Origin: Promethearchaeota archaeon
GTDB taxonomy: Archaea; Asgardarchaeota; Thorarchaeia; Thorarchaeales; Thorarchaeaceae
Reading direction: 5' to 3'
DNA: 64,000 nt
Assembly: GCA_014728035.1 (NCBI GenBank)
Contig: WJMJ01000078.1
Span: 32,001-96,000 of the forward strand
The translations under genes were made by a program, and so were the position numbers. Under the pieces are notes generated by a model. The model was not told the origin of the DNA. It was given only the letters and a program-made list of their open reading frames with translations, and made no database searches. This document shows positions 40,825 through 50,733 of this stretch, one piece after another. The stretch's first letter is position 1; every line of letters starts with the position of its first letter.

Positions 40825-41731
40825 TTTAGTGTCCATTGGCAATCCATTGTATGACCAAATATCAAATTCGGAATTGGACTTCAATTCTGATACTTTCAGT
40901 GGAGGTAGCATAACAGTCTGTCTAGTTGCAGACGCACTTGGTATCAGTAGATTGGTAATGATTGGATCCGTACCGAAAAAAGAACGATTCAAAATACTAT
41001 CAGCTATCGAACAAACACAGATTGAACATTTCTTGATGGAACCAGAAATAGATATTCCAGCAAAAGAAACAGTACAAGAAGACGCTTGTCAAGGACAAAT
41101 ATTGGGACCTCTTGGAAGGATACGAATCAGAGATATCCCTGAAGAATTTCTTTTATCAGAGGTAATCGTACTCAATCCCGTCTTACAGGAAATTGATATT
41201 GATTTAGTTGAGTGGGTTTCATCATCATCTGATGCACTCATCCTGATAGATATGCAAGGATTCCTTAGAAGGAGAAATAAAAGAGGATATGGAGTATATA
41301 CACCTCACTCCGAAGATATTCGTCAGCTCTTGAATTCCGTTGATTTGGCAAAGGCAAATCAAGTTGAAGCACAACTTATGACGGGAGAAGAAGATGCTTT
41401 TGTTGCAGTTGAAACAATGGTGGAATGGGGGGCAGAGATAGGAATAATCACAAGAGGTAATAGAGGTTGTATTATTTTTGATGGGAATGAGTTTCTCCAA
41501 ATACCTGCATTTGAAACAGATGTTGCTTGTTCACTAAGTGCGGGAGATATATTTCTTGGTGCTTTTGCTACACACCTCCTAGAAACAGACAATCTGCTGG
41601 ACTGTGGATTATTTGCTACAAGTACAACCAGCATTATTTTGGAAAAAGAGCCTCAATTGCCATTGTTTATTGACCGTTCAGAGATTCAAAAACGAATTGG
41701 TCTTCTTCAGGATGATGTCAAGATACTTTAG
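40805..41731 (+). CDS. PfkB family kinase
   Basis: DMQGFLR, KANQVEA, ITRG..G, AGDIFLGAF. Confidence 0.8.
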   Translation: MQHPLYNLVSIGNPLYDQISNSELDFNSDTFSGGSITVCLVADALGISRLVMIGSVPKKERFKILSAIEQTQIEHFLMEPEIDIPAKETVQEDACQGQILGPLGRIRIRDIPEEFLLSEVIVLNPVLQEIDIDLVEWVSSSSDALILIDMQGFLRRRNKRGYGVYTPHSEDIRQLLNSVDLAKANQVEAQLMTGEEDAFVAVETMVEWGAEIGIITRGNRGCIIFDGNEFLQIPAFETDVACSLSAGDIFLGAFATHLLETDNLLDCGLFATSTTSIILEKEPQLPLFIDRSEIQKRIGLLQDDVKIL

Positions 41732-42075
41732 ATCTCAGTAAGGTCAAAAACAGAATCCATGGTCTTTGAGAGAAATCGTTTTGCCTCTTTCATTGCAAGT
41801 CTGCCATCCTCGGTGATCTCGTAATATTTTCTAGGTGAGCCACTACGTTCTTCTCCTCTAATCAATCCATCTTTGACTAATCGATAAATAATTGCATAGC
41901 CACTGACCGTTGCGGGTGAAAAACCGAATCGTTTCGTAACAAGTTCTTTTATCTCATAACCATAATGGGGTCTTTCTTGAAGTAGACGGAGAATGTAAAT
42001 CCATAACATCTCTTTTGTCAGCTTTTTTACAAGACGATGCATTGCTTTTGGTAGTTCTTCAACATCCGATGTCAT
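41728..42075 (-). CDS. PadR family regulator
   Basis: ILRLL..RPHYGYEI, RKYYEITEDG. Confidence 0.9.
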   Translation of the reverse strand: MTSDVEELPKAMHRLVKKLTKEMLWIYILRLLQERPHYGYEIKELVTKRFGFSPATVSGYAIIYRLVKDGLIRGEERSGSPRKYYEITEDGRLAMKEAKRFLSKTMDSVFDLTEI

Positions 42076-42659
42076 TTACTAATTCTCCTTTCGAATTCTG
42101 AGATCACTGCAGCGACACAATGACTACTCAAGTAACTTGTTTCTCCCAGAGAAACTGATTCAACTCCAACGCTTTCGATTATCCTACTTGCGTTCTCATC
42201 AAAACCTATGTGGTCACCTAAGATAAAACTGTTCTGCGCATTCAATTGAAGATTCTCATTCGCCTTAAGTGGTTTGCCATCTTCTCTGAGTACCCATGTT
42301 TTACCAGAGGGGAGTGCAAAACGAGTAAGTACCTCTTCTAGTCCAATATCTATTCTCATTACATGTTCTACTACTTGTCCTTGTAAGACCCTCTGAATTT
42401 TTCTTGCCCAGGCAACTTCTCCTTTTGGTAAAACTGTAGGATTTTGAAAAACCAAACTTATGTCATTATGAAGAATGGCTATGACTTCTAATTCGAATCG
42501 TGGAAATGAAACTGGGCCCCAATCAAAACAAGCTGATAGAACTCTACATAGCAAATCTATTCGTTTTCCAGAACCAGGTAAATCCTTCAAGATGAATTTT
42601 CCGTCAGTGACGGTATTTGGGAGTAATTGGATAAATCTTAGTTTTGAGATGGTTGCCAT
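42072..42659 (-). CDS. trmY: tRNA (pseudouridine-54)-N1 methyltransferase
   Basis: DLPGSGKRIDLLCR, FILGDHIG, VSLG...YLSSHC. Confidence 0.88.
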   Translation of the reverse strand: MATISKLRFIQLLPNTVTDGKFILKDLPGSGKRIDLLCRVLSACFDWGPVSFPRFELEVIAILHNDISLVFQNPTVLPKGEVAWARKIQRVLQGQVVEHVMRIDIGLEEVLTRFALPSGKTWVLREDGKPLKANENLQLNAQNSFILGDHIGFDENASRIIESVGVESVSLGETSYLSSHCVAAVISEFERRISK

Positions 42660-42734
42660 TTGGAATACCAGCTAAATGTAATCCATATGTGCTACAAAGA
42701 TTTGCTGATCGAACATCTTGTGATTATTCACAGT

Positions 42735-43034
42735 CTATCTTCGTCGTCTTCCTCTTCTCTTAGAGGCTTCTCTGATCTGTACTTTTCCTGTGTGTACTGC
42801 ACAACTTACACAATAATACTGAGTCATCTTTCGAGTATGGATATAGCTACCTTGTGACCTCAGCTCTCTTGCAAGTTGAGGATCCACTACAGATACACGC
42901 TTTGTGTATTTCTTCGCCTTATCAGTAGGTACCATTCTACCGCATTTAGAACATTGTACTGACCCAGTTCGGCCGGATTTTCCTTTGCTTCTTCCGCCTG
43001 ATTTTCTCTTTTTACCCAAATTATTCACCATCAA
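42735..43034 (-). CDS. rps26e: Ribosomal protein eS26
   Basis: CSKCGRMVPTDKAKK...YCVSCAVH. Confidence 0.95.
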   Translation of the reverse strand: MMVNNLGKKRKSGGRSKGKSGRTGSVQCSKCGRMVPTDKAKKYTKRVSVVDPQLARELRSQGSYIHTRKMTQYYCVSCAVHTGKVQIREASKRRGRRRR

Positions 43035-43102
43035 GTATGGTTACTTGGAGCTTCTATGGGGAGGCCTTTTAATCTTGTTTATAGCACTGGCGACAAAGAA
43101 GC

Positions 43103-44185
43103 CTACTGCCAGTGTGGGCTTATCATTTCGTATACCCGGTTTAAGATATTGATGTTCTGAGTCACAAGCATTTCGTGTACTATTCTATCAAGTTGGTCTG
43201 GAAGAGGAGGACAAGCATCTCCAGCGAGACCTCGAATACTTGCTTCCACACAGAAACCAAGACCAAGTGGATTATAGCCACCTTCTAGTACCCAAAAGGA
43301 CCCTCTTGCACTTACTAAGTCAACTAAATCCCTTACAGTTCGACCTATTTTCCAAAATGTTCTCGAATCGATATCCATGTTTCCAACTGGGTCCGCCCAA
43401 TGTGAGTCATATCCTGCAGATACAGCAATTACATCAGGTCTGAAGTTCTCAATAGCAGGAACAACTACTCGATCAAACGCAGCTTCATATGAAATATCAG
43501 GGGACATATCAAGTAATGGAATGTTAATGTTTGTTCCAATACCTTCACCATAACCAATCTCCGAATAATGCCCAGTGCCATAGTTTTCAAAATCATATTC
43601 ATGAATTGAAATATATTGAACTCTTGGATTAGAATAGAATATCTCTGCAGTTCCATTTCCAAAGTGGTCATCAAAATCGATTATTGAAACCCTCTCAGCA
43701 CCTGCTTCAATGGCGGACTTCACTGCTATTGCTATGTTATTGAAAAAGCAAAGACCTGTTGGATTCGATGTTGAAGCATGATGACCTGGTGGTCTAAGAA
43801 GTGAATAAGCATGACTTGATGTCTCCTCCATAACCATTTTACTCGCTCTTAATGCCCCTCCTACAGCGTAAAGTCCTGCGCGATATACTTCTGCACTTGC
43901 AAAAGCAGATTCTCCAAGATGACCACTTCCCAAGTCACCATATAATTCGACTGTATCAAGAAGGTAGGGAGAATGAGCAAGAAGAATATCTTCTCGTTTT
44001 GCTTTTGGGGCATCAACTCTTGTCAACTCTCCAAGCAATCCAATACGATTTAGATGTTGCATAACCATCTGTGTTCTAAGAGGGGATTCAAATGCTTCAA
44101 GATGGGGTCTTGGAAAAGGTGCAACATGTTGATTAGGTCTTTTCTGTGAGATGAGTGCAATATCTTTGTAAGTCAAGTGAATCAT
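43103..44185 (-). CDS. Histone deacetylase-family (Zn-dependent) deacetylase
   Basis: RPPGHHA, GLCFFNN, DDHFGNGT, SAGYDSH, LEGGY. Confidence 0.92.
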   Translation of the reverse strand: MIHLTYKDIALISQKRPNQHVAPFPRPHLEAFESPLRTQMVMQHLNRIGLLGELTRVDAPKAKREDILLAHSPYLLDTVELYGDLGSGHLGESAFASAEVYRAGLYAVGGALRASKMVMEETSSHAYSLLRPPGHHASTSNPTGLCFFNNIAIAVKSAIEAGAERVSIIDFDDHFGNGTAEIFYSNPRVQYISIHEYDFENYGTGHYSEIGYGEGIGTNINIPLLDMSPDISYEAAFDRVVVPAIENFRPDVIAVSAGYDSHWADPVGNMDIDSRTFWKIGRTVRDLVDLVSARGSFWVLEGGYNPLGLGFCVEASIRGLAGDACPPLPDQLDRIVHEMLVTQNINILNRVYEMISPHWQ

Positions 44186-45657
44186 TCCTGCAAATACACA
44201 TTATTTTCCTCGGGCTCGATAACAAAAGATTCTGCTGGCATAACATAATGATATAGTACTGTCTTAAGTTCTGCTGAAAGGACAGTAATATTTCTAGCCA
44301 ACTCTATATCATCAATTCCTTTTTTGGATAAAATCCAATGAGTGAATTCCTGCGCGTTGGTATGATTTCGCTTCTGAGAAACCCAAAGAAATCCCTCCCT
44401 CTCAAAAGCATCTGGATGTGCTGCTTTGAATCTTGCACAGGCATCTTCCAAATTCGTAGGTGGTCCTCTTCGTTCAAAGTAATCACTAATTTTGGGGTTT
44501 TCTACAACAATACCAAGTGCATATCTATTTTCTCTGAAATGAACCTCACAAAGAGTCGTTCCAAACCTTTCTTCACCCGTTTTTTCCTTTGTCAACCATC
44601 TTTGTGTAAGTTCAGCTAAGCTGTATAATTTATCACGAATAATCGTATAATGAGTATCCTTAATCTTTTCAAACTCGAAGGTGATAATATGGGATTTTAT
44701 CCAGCTGGGTAAAGGATTAGTAGGGATATCTGTATACAATATTTGACGAATGACGAAATCTTCTTCATCGTGTCGTATAGCATCCAGTAGTCGATTACTG
44801 GATATAACCATCCAACGATATGTTCGTGGAGAGAGGCTTGCTGCTGCGTTTCGGTTTGGGTCTGTGGGGTCTATAACAAAAAATAGGTCATCACTGAAAC
44901 GGGGAATTTTTTTCAATTCCTTTTTACTTCGGTTCAAGGGATCAATGGGATTATCAGACAGAGTACATATTGCATCCAAAGCTTGAGAAAAGGTTCTATT
45001 TTCTACAACTATGTTTTCAAGCACATATCCAGTAAACCCCATTCGTCCTACCGCACAGGTGTCCCCGTATGCATGACTAGCTTTTGAAAATGCCTTTAGT
45101 ATTCTGATATTCTCGCGGATTTTTTCATCGATATGTTCTAGCATATACTTTGTATGATGGTAGGTTCTATCAACTGCAGTAATTGGTCCGTCTGTAGCTA
45201 GTTCTTTGGGAGATAGGGCGAAGCAGGCTACTAAATCAACTTCAAGATTATTTAGCTTGAATGACAAGTATGGATGTTGTGCGTATGTCTTCTTAATATC
45301 CGACGCTCTGATAGTTTCAGCTGCTGGACGAAACCATTTATTCACGAGTTCATCAATAGTTTTACTTAGATTCCTATCAATATCTTCGTTTGGACTGTTC
45401 AGAATCTCCTCATAGTCCGATTTGACAAGCCCAATAAAGATATCAAGGTCCGCAGCTCCGCGTATTTGCGTCTGCTTTTTACCAGTAGACCCCTCAGCCT
45501 CAATAAATTCATAACTTACTCCGATCTCATTTCCTCTCTCTATCAGTGCGTTTCTCACTTTCTGAATCGTATCTTTTTGTGTTTGAATTTCTATTTCCGT
45601 AGGAGTGATTCGTTCAAGAACTATACCTCTAATTCTGTCAGGTAACAATTCAGTCAA
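44182..45657 (-). CDS. cca: Archaeal (class I) CCA-adding enzyme
   Basis: EGSTGK...ADLDIF, YAQHPY, TAVDRT.HH, GFTGY, DPTDPNRNAA, GPP. Confidence 0.9.
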   Translation of the reverse strand: MTELLPDRIRGIVLERITPTEIEIQTQKDTIQKVRNALIERGNEIGVSYEFIEAEGSTGKKQTQIRGAADLDIFIGLVKSDYEEILNSPNEDIDRNLSKTIDELVNKWFRPAAETIRASDIKKTYAQHPYLSFKLNNLEVDLVACFALSPKELATDGPITAVDRTYHHTKYMLEHIDEKIRENIRILKAFSKASHAYGDTCAVGRMGFTGYVLENIVVENRTFSQALDAICTLSDNPIDPLNRSKKELKKIPRFSDDLFFVIDPTDPNRNAAASLSPRTYRWMVISSNRLLDAIRHDEEDFVIRQILYTDIPTNPLPSWIKSHIITFEFEKIKDTHYTIIRDKLYSLAELTQRWLTKEKTGEERFGTTLCEVHFRENRYALGIVVENPKISDYFERRGPPTNLEDACARFKAAHPDAFEREGFLWVSQKRNHTNAQEFTHWILSKKGIDDIELARNITVLSAELKTVLYHYVMPAESFVIEPEENNVYLQE

Positions 45658-45740
45658 GTGACAACCCTACTACTTCTGAAGTGTATATCGCTAAGAATCT
45701 TCTCCAAGATTTATTCCTCATGTTTAAAGGATAGTACATC

Positions 45741-46271
45741 TTGATTCTATTATCCGATTTCATTAGGTTGATTCATATGGTGGATATGGTAGCAATTGCA
45801 ATTACGATTCTAAAGCACAAAAATCAATATCTATTTCTAAAACGCCGGAAAGCACCCTATGAAAATCTCTGGAGTCTAGTTGGTGGAAAGGTGGATTTAG
45901 GGGAACATATAATGCAAGCTTCTATACGAGAAGCTATGGAAGAAACGGGAACAACACAGATTATCGATTATGAGTATCGAGGTCTCGTTTCTGAACGACT
46001 TGTTCAATCGGATGGAACATTGTTAGCACATTTCTTAATCTTTGTTGGATTTGCAAACATTCCCGATTTTCAAAAATCTCATAGAGAAGGAGAGCTGATG
46101 TTATTTACTGACCCAGAAATAGAGGCACGAGGAAACGAGTTTCTACCTTCTGATCTTCATATGTTCAAAACATTCAAAAATCCCAGACCCAAAACCTCTC
46201 TTTATGAGGCTGAGCTGATATTCGATGGTTCAAAGTACACATTGGAATATTACAGGAAGGCTGAACATTGA
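45741..46271 (+). CDS. NUDIX hydrolase
   Basis: GGKVDLGE...REAMEETG. Confidence 0.88.
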   Translation: MILLSDFIRLIHMVDMVAIAITILKHKNQYLFLKRRKAPYENLWSLVGGKVDLGEHIMQASIREAMEETGTTQIIDYEYRGLVSERLVQSDGTLLAHFLIFVGFANIPDFQKSHREGELMLFTDPEIEARGNEFLPSDLHMFKTFKNPRPKTSLYEAELIFDGSKYTLEYYRKAEH

Positions 46272-47242
46272 ACATTGGTGACATTGAGATTGTCCCTATT
46301 GCTTCTGAAAGTATGGGAGTTCGTTCTTTTTGTACGAGAATCGGTACACCAGATTTGTCAATACTTCTAGATCCTTCAGCCGCTCTGTCAAAGCGATACC
46401 GTCTTGAACCGCATCCGCAAGAATACAGAATGCTTGAGTCTAAACTACAACAAATTTTTGTTGAAGCCCGTAGGGCGGACCTTATCTCTATATCGCATTA
46501 CCATTTCGACCACGTCCGCCCAGGATTCACTGATTTTCACTATATCTTCAGTTCAAGAGAAGAGCTACAAAGGATGTTAGAGGGAAAAGAGATATGGGCT
46601 AAAGACAGCCGTGAAAATATTAACCCCTCTCAACGAAGACGAGCATATTATTTTCAGAAAGATATTGAAGGCATTGTTCGAAAATTGAAATGGAGTGACA
46701 GCGAAAAGACCAAGTATGACAACACATCCATAGAATTCTCTCAGCCACTCCCACATGGACCGGAGAGAACTCCACTTGGTTTTGTTATCGCAACAACTAT
46801 CAAATATGACGACCATTCAGTTGTTTTTGCTCCAGATATCCAAGGCCCATGCTCTGAGAGTACTCTACAATACTTACAATCTCAAAAACCATCCGCAGTC
46901 ATTGTTGGGGGGCCTCCTACATATATATCGAGATTTCGAGACCACCATAGAGCATTAGCAAAGTCTGCTCTTCGAACATTGGCAAAATCCGTTTCAGTAG
47001 TAATCGTTGATCACCATCTTCTACGTGATAATGAGTGGAGGGATTGGTTAGTTCCTATAAGAGAAGCTGCTGAAATAGAGGGAAATACTGTGTATACAAT
47101 GGCTGAAGTTCTTGGAGAGAAGAACAGAAGTTTCGAGGCCGAGCGAATACAACTCTATGAAACAATACCTCCAAATGATGATTTCATGAATTGGTGTAAC
47201 GCTACTGATGAATACAAGAAAGCGAATAGGCCCCCAATTTGA
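46268..47242 (+). CDS. UPF0282 MBL-fold protein
   Basis: ASESMGVRS, SHYHFDH, INPSQRRRA, PHG, GGPP, DHHLLRD. Confidence 0.85.
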   Translation: MNIGDIEIVPIASESMGVRSFCTRIGTPDLSILLDPSAALSKRYRLEPHPQEYRMLESKLQQIFVEARRADLISISHYHFDHVRPGFTDFHYIFSSREELQRMLEGKEIWAKDSRENINPSQRRRAYYFQKDIEGIVRKLKWSDSEKTKYDNTSIEFSQPLPHGPERTPLGFVIATTIKYDDHSVVFAPDIQGPCSESTLQYLQSQKPSAVIVGGPPTYISRFRDHHRALAKSALRTLAKSVSVVIVDHHLLRDNEWRDWLVPIREAAEIEGNTVYTMAEVLGEKNRSFEAERIQLYETIPPNDDFMNWCNATDEYKKANRPPI

Positions 47243-47305
47243 TTTGGTGCTCATTAATTCTGATTAATTACATCAGAGATTTCTTTTTGGGCAAATAAAT
47301 TCAAT

Positions 47306-47584
47306 GTGTTTTTGAAGATGATATCAGGCAAATCTGGTTCCGAAATAGACATTGATGTGAGTATGATACAAGTACTGGTAGGTCCGCTTGGGACACGAGT
47401 ACTTGTATTGATTTCACAGGGCTGCGAAACCCCAGATGATATAGTACGATTCAGTTCCATCTCGTATGAATGCCTAGATGTAAAAATACCACTGCTACTC
47501 GGTTTGGAATTAGTAGAGGAGTTCGAGTCAACTTACAAGACTACATCTCGTGGAGAAGCATACATAGCTGCAATAACGGGTTGA
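47306..47584 (+). CDS. Small winged-helix-like protein
   Basis: GCETPDDIVRFS...LLGLELV...YKTTSRGE. Confidence 0.55.
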   Translation: MFLKMISGKSGSEIDIDVSMIQVLVGPLGTRVLVLISQGCETPDDIVRFSSISYECLDVKIPLLLGLELVEEFESTYKTTSRGEAYIAAITG

Positions 47585-47588
47585 GATT

Positions 47589-48017
47589 ATGAAACACCTT
47601 ACTGAATCAGTCATTTCATTGGTAGATTCTCAATCGATTGATATCAAAGGGATTGGTGACTTTACGGGTTTTACGGATCAACAAAAAGTGCTTGTTATTG
47701 GAACAAGAAGTGAATTTTTACGAGTCTATCGAGTCAAAGAATCAGAGGTGGTTCTACTTCGTGTAGCTCTTACTCTAGACGGATTTCGTACGTCTGCTAG
47801 ATCAATAATCGAAAAAATGAGAAATATTGATTTGCATCTCATTCACTCAACAGGTTTCTGTCCTCTTAGAGACTATTGTGTCTGGGAAGGATATTTTGAG
47901 ATATCTCTACGGGAAAAGATTGAAGTGTTCCATGCTTGGGTTCGTGAACAACCTTCTGTGATTGATATTGAACTTAAATACCTGACAAGTAACAAACAAG
48001 AAGACTGTGAGGAGTAA
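47589..48017 (+). CDS. Hypothetical protein (C-terminal ACT-like fold possible)
   Basis: LIHSTGFCP...CVWEGYF; operonic spacing. Confidence 0.6.
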   Translation: MKHLTESVISLVDSQSIDIKGIGDFTGFTDQQKVLVIGTRSEFLRVYRVKESEVVLLRVALTLDGFRTSARSIIEKMRNIDLHLIHSTGFCPLRDYCVWEGYFEISLREKIEVFHAWVREQPSVIDIELKYLTSNKQEDCEE

Positions 48018-48573
48018 CTTGATGATGACCAAAGAAAGCAGTGCTACACGCAAGTTGATTGACCAATTCAAGAAAGCTTCTGAGGAGGCAGAGGATAGTC
48101 TTAAACTTGAAGAATACCAACAGGCAATGGCACTGTTCTTTGAGGCGAGTCAAGCAGCAGACGAGATGTGTGAACGCTTTATCACTCTTCTAATCAGAAC
48201 CGCGCCAAGCCCCTCTCATCGAATTCTTTTGGTAGAAGTACTCGCATGGAGATTACGGTACTACACGGCACAATATGATTACCATCTCTCAGTTGCACAG
48301 ACTCTCAGAGGCCTTCCTCGAGAGGAGTGGATTGCTCGTCTTGAAACAATTCTGGTGCTATCTCAGAGTCTAGTTACCAAACTCATTCCAATATTGAAAC
48401 AAGCTGACGATGTGAGCCTCAGAAGAAGAATTCAAAAAGTATTAGATGATTGGGTTACTGGTATTAGAAGTTTAGTGGAAAAACTCAGGTCATGGAGAAT
48501 GGCAAGCTCTCAGGCATCTAGAGTTTTGGAATGGGCATTAGATAATGATTTGGAAAATCTCGTGAAATTCTAA
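48007..48573 (+). CDS. Alpha-helical hypothetical protein
   Basis: Long ORF overlapping the stop of the upstream gene. Confidence 0.65.
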   Translation: MRSNLMMTKESSATRKLIDQFKKASEEAEDSLKLEEYQQAMALFFEASQAADEMCERFITLLIRTAPSPSHRILLVEVLAWRLRYYTAQYDYHLSVAQTLRGLPREEWIARLETILVLSQSLVTKLIPILKQADDVSLRRRIQKVLDDWVTGIRSLVEKLRSWRMASSQASRVLEWALDNDLENLVKF

Positions 48574-48797
48574 CCTTTCTTCGCTTCACCTTCAATAAAG
48601 GCAGTAGCTACTTCAGTATCAGCTAATTGATAATGACTATCCACATAACAAACAAGATGGTGGTCTTCATGTTTGATAATTATTGGAACTGGAAACCTAG
48701 TTACCTTCTTCAGTGCTTCCGTGGGAACTTTCCAATATATCGTAGCCTTACAAACTGGACACTGTAACCATTTAAGTTCTTCAGTCATCGGAAACAC
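48570..48797 (-). CDS. Small putative Zn-binding protein
   Basis: CPVC...FPVPIIIKHEDHHLVCYVD. Confidence 0.7.
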   Translation of the reverse strand: MFPMTEELKWLQCPVCKATIYWKVPTEALKKVTRFPVPIIIKHEDHHLVCYVDSHYQLADTEVATAFIEGEAKKG

Positions 48798-48954
48798 CTG
48801 TGTTATATATGAGCCCTACAAGATAACGGAGTCTACAATCGTACTTAAAACGGTTTTTACTATCAGTAGTCTCGGCTACTTGCTAGCCACGCTGTTTTAT
48901 TTGTAACAATTACCAATTTGAATGTTAATGGAATAGACTCCTAAATAAAATTGG

Positions 48955-49782
48955 TTATTCTAAGTCCATATCCCATGCACCAGGGTCATCTAGTTCTCTG
49001 CTCATGATTGGTCCTTTTCTGCGTGCGAGGTCCGATATATCATATCTATCTTGGTCCACCACAAGTTCTTCTGATACTTCATCATAATAAGCAGGGATAA
49101 GGCCCTGATACACGCATTGCTTGATAAGCTTGGTAACTCGATCCTTATCCATTCCGGTGCTCTCTGCAAGGCTTGCCATTGTGACTGCTGCTTCAGATTC
49201 CAAAGATGCCCTTACAAAACCAGCAAACATGAGTTTGAAATATTTCCTAATACGCTTTATCTCATCTCTATCAAGAACACGAACTATTGCGGCTTCAATA
49301 TAGCGGTCAGCCTCACCATAATGATATTCACTAAGCATCAATGCAAGATTGACCAATTCTTTTGCTTTTCCCCTCGTGGTTTCCACCGCAGCATGAATGA
49401 GCTGTCTAGCAAGCTCTATATCCCCTCCAAGTATTGAGAAGAACGCCCCGTCAACAAAACGATGCGGATCCTTTTCCTCCTCTGCTGCCAAAATGAACGC
49501 TTCAGCACCTATCTGACAGTCAATCTCGAATTTCTCATATTGACCCTGTTTAATCCATGCCATTCCTGCCTCAAGCATTGCCTCAGAGGCTCGTGCATAT
49601 TTCTGACATAGCATGCCATGCTCGTATGCGCGCTCAAAGGCATTTGCAGCCTTTGCAAAAGATTCCCACCGTTTCCAACATTCAGCAGCAGCTAAAAAGT
49701 ACATGAGAGCTTTGTCATTACACCCAGTAGAGGCATTCTTTTCTGCCTCCTCTTCTCGCTCTTTGCAGGTGTCTGTTCCCAT
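48955..49782 (-). CDS. SNAP/TPR-like solenoid with C-terminal PCI-like winged helix
   Basis: AAECWKRWESFAKAANAFERA; VTMASLAESTGMDKDRVTKLIKQCVYQGLIPAYYDEVSEELVV fits the PCI pattern. Confidence 0.75.
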   Translation of the reverse strand: MGTDTCKEREEEAEKNASTGCNDKALMYFLAAAECWKRWESFAKAANAFERAYEHGMLCQKYARASEAMLEAGMAWIKQGQYEKFEIDCQIGAEAFILAAEEEKDPHRFVDGAFFSILGGDIELARQLIHAAVETTRGKAKELVNLALMLSEYHYGEADRYIEAAIVRVLDRDEIKRIRKYFKLMFAGFVRASLESEAAVTMASLAESTGMDKDRVTKLIKQCVYQGLIPAYYDEVSEELVVDQDRYDISDLARRKGPIMSRELDDPGAWDMDLE

Positions 49783-50044
49783 TATACTTCATTGCCCCTT
49801 TGATGGTTATATCGAGCTGGGGACATCTACTTCTAAACCTTTCCAGCTAGTCCTTTTTCCATCAAAATCGTTCTCTTATTTCTTTATTCGCCCATCAGCT
49901 GTTCTCAATACCTGTGACCGGATAGGAATAAACTATTCCCTTATTCTACGGTTTATTGTGGATTGCTTCAGGTTCAAAAAAACTGAATTAAACAAAGTCA
50001 TAAAGAAAGAGGAGGGTATGAGCCTTCACTCATACCTTTGATTA

Positions 50045-50731
50045 TTATCTGTCCGAGGTTATTCTACCGTCTCGCATCCGTAAGGTGCGTTTGGCGTACT
50101 TTGCCAGCTCCTCGTTGTGGGTCACCAACACTACCGTCATGTTTCGCTCCTTGTTGATACGCTTGATGACCTTCATGATGGTATCGCCAGTCTTCGAGTC
50201 CAAGTTTCCCGTGGGCTCGTCACAGAAGAGGATCGGTGGGCTGTTCACCAGAGCTCTTGCAATTGCCACTCTCTGTTGTTCTCCTCCAGATAGCTGGCGG
50301 GGGAAATGGTCCTTCCGCTCCAACATATCAACTTCTCTGAGGACTTCGAGGGCCATGGCTTGCTGTTTGTCTTTTTTGAGTTCGTCGGAGGGCCAGAGAA
50401 CTGCCTCGATATTTTCGAAGGCGGTGAGGTCCTCGATGAGGAGGAAAGACTGGAAAACAAAGCCAATTTTCTGGGCACGGACTTTGGGGAGGTCGCGTTC
50501 GCTGATGAGGGTGACATCTACACCATCGAGCAAGACCCGTCCGGAGGTGGGCTGTTCAAGGCCTGCCATGACGTGAAGGAGTGTAGATTTACCGCACCCG
50601 GAGGGGCCGAGAACGGAAACGAACTCACCAGGAAAGATCTCAATGTCAACATCTTTTAGGGCGGCAACAGTCTTTTTCCCGCGGCCATATTCTTTGTTTA
50701 CTTCTTGAACTTGAATGATAGGATTCGCCAT
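50045..50731 (-). CDS. ABC ATP-binding protein, LolD/FtsE/MacB type (GC-rich)
   Basis: GPSGCGKST, LSGGEQQRVAIARA, DEPTGNLD. Confidence 0.95.
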   Translation of the reverse strand: MANPIIQVQEVNKEYGRGKKTVAALKDVDIEIFPGEFVSVLGPSGCGKSTLLHVMAGLEQPTSGRVLLDGVDVTLISERDLPKVRAQKIGFVFQSFLLIEDLTAFENIEAVLWPSDELKKDKQQAMALEVLREVDMLERKDHFPRQLSGGEQQRVAIARALVNSPPILFCDEPTGNLDSKTGDTIMKVIKRINKERNMTVVLVTHNEELAKYAKRTLRMRDGRITSDR

Positions 50732-50733
50732 TT

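Noticed and set aside
50085-50659. Long antisense ORFs over the ABC ATPase
   Set aside because: Expected from GC-rich codon bias; typical shadow ORFs
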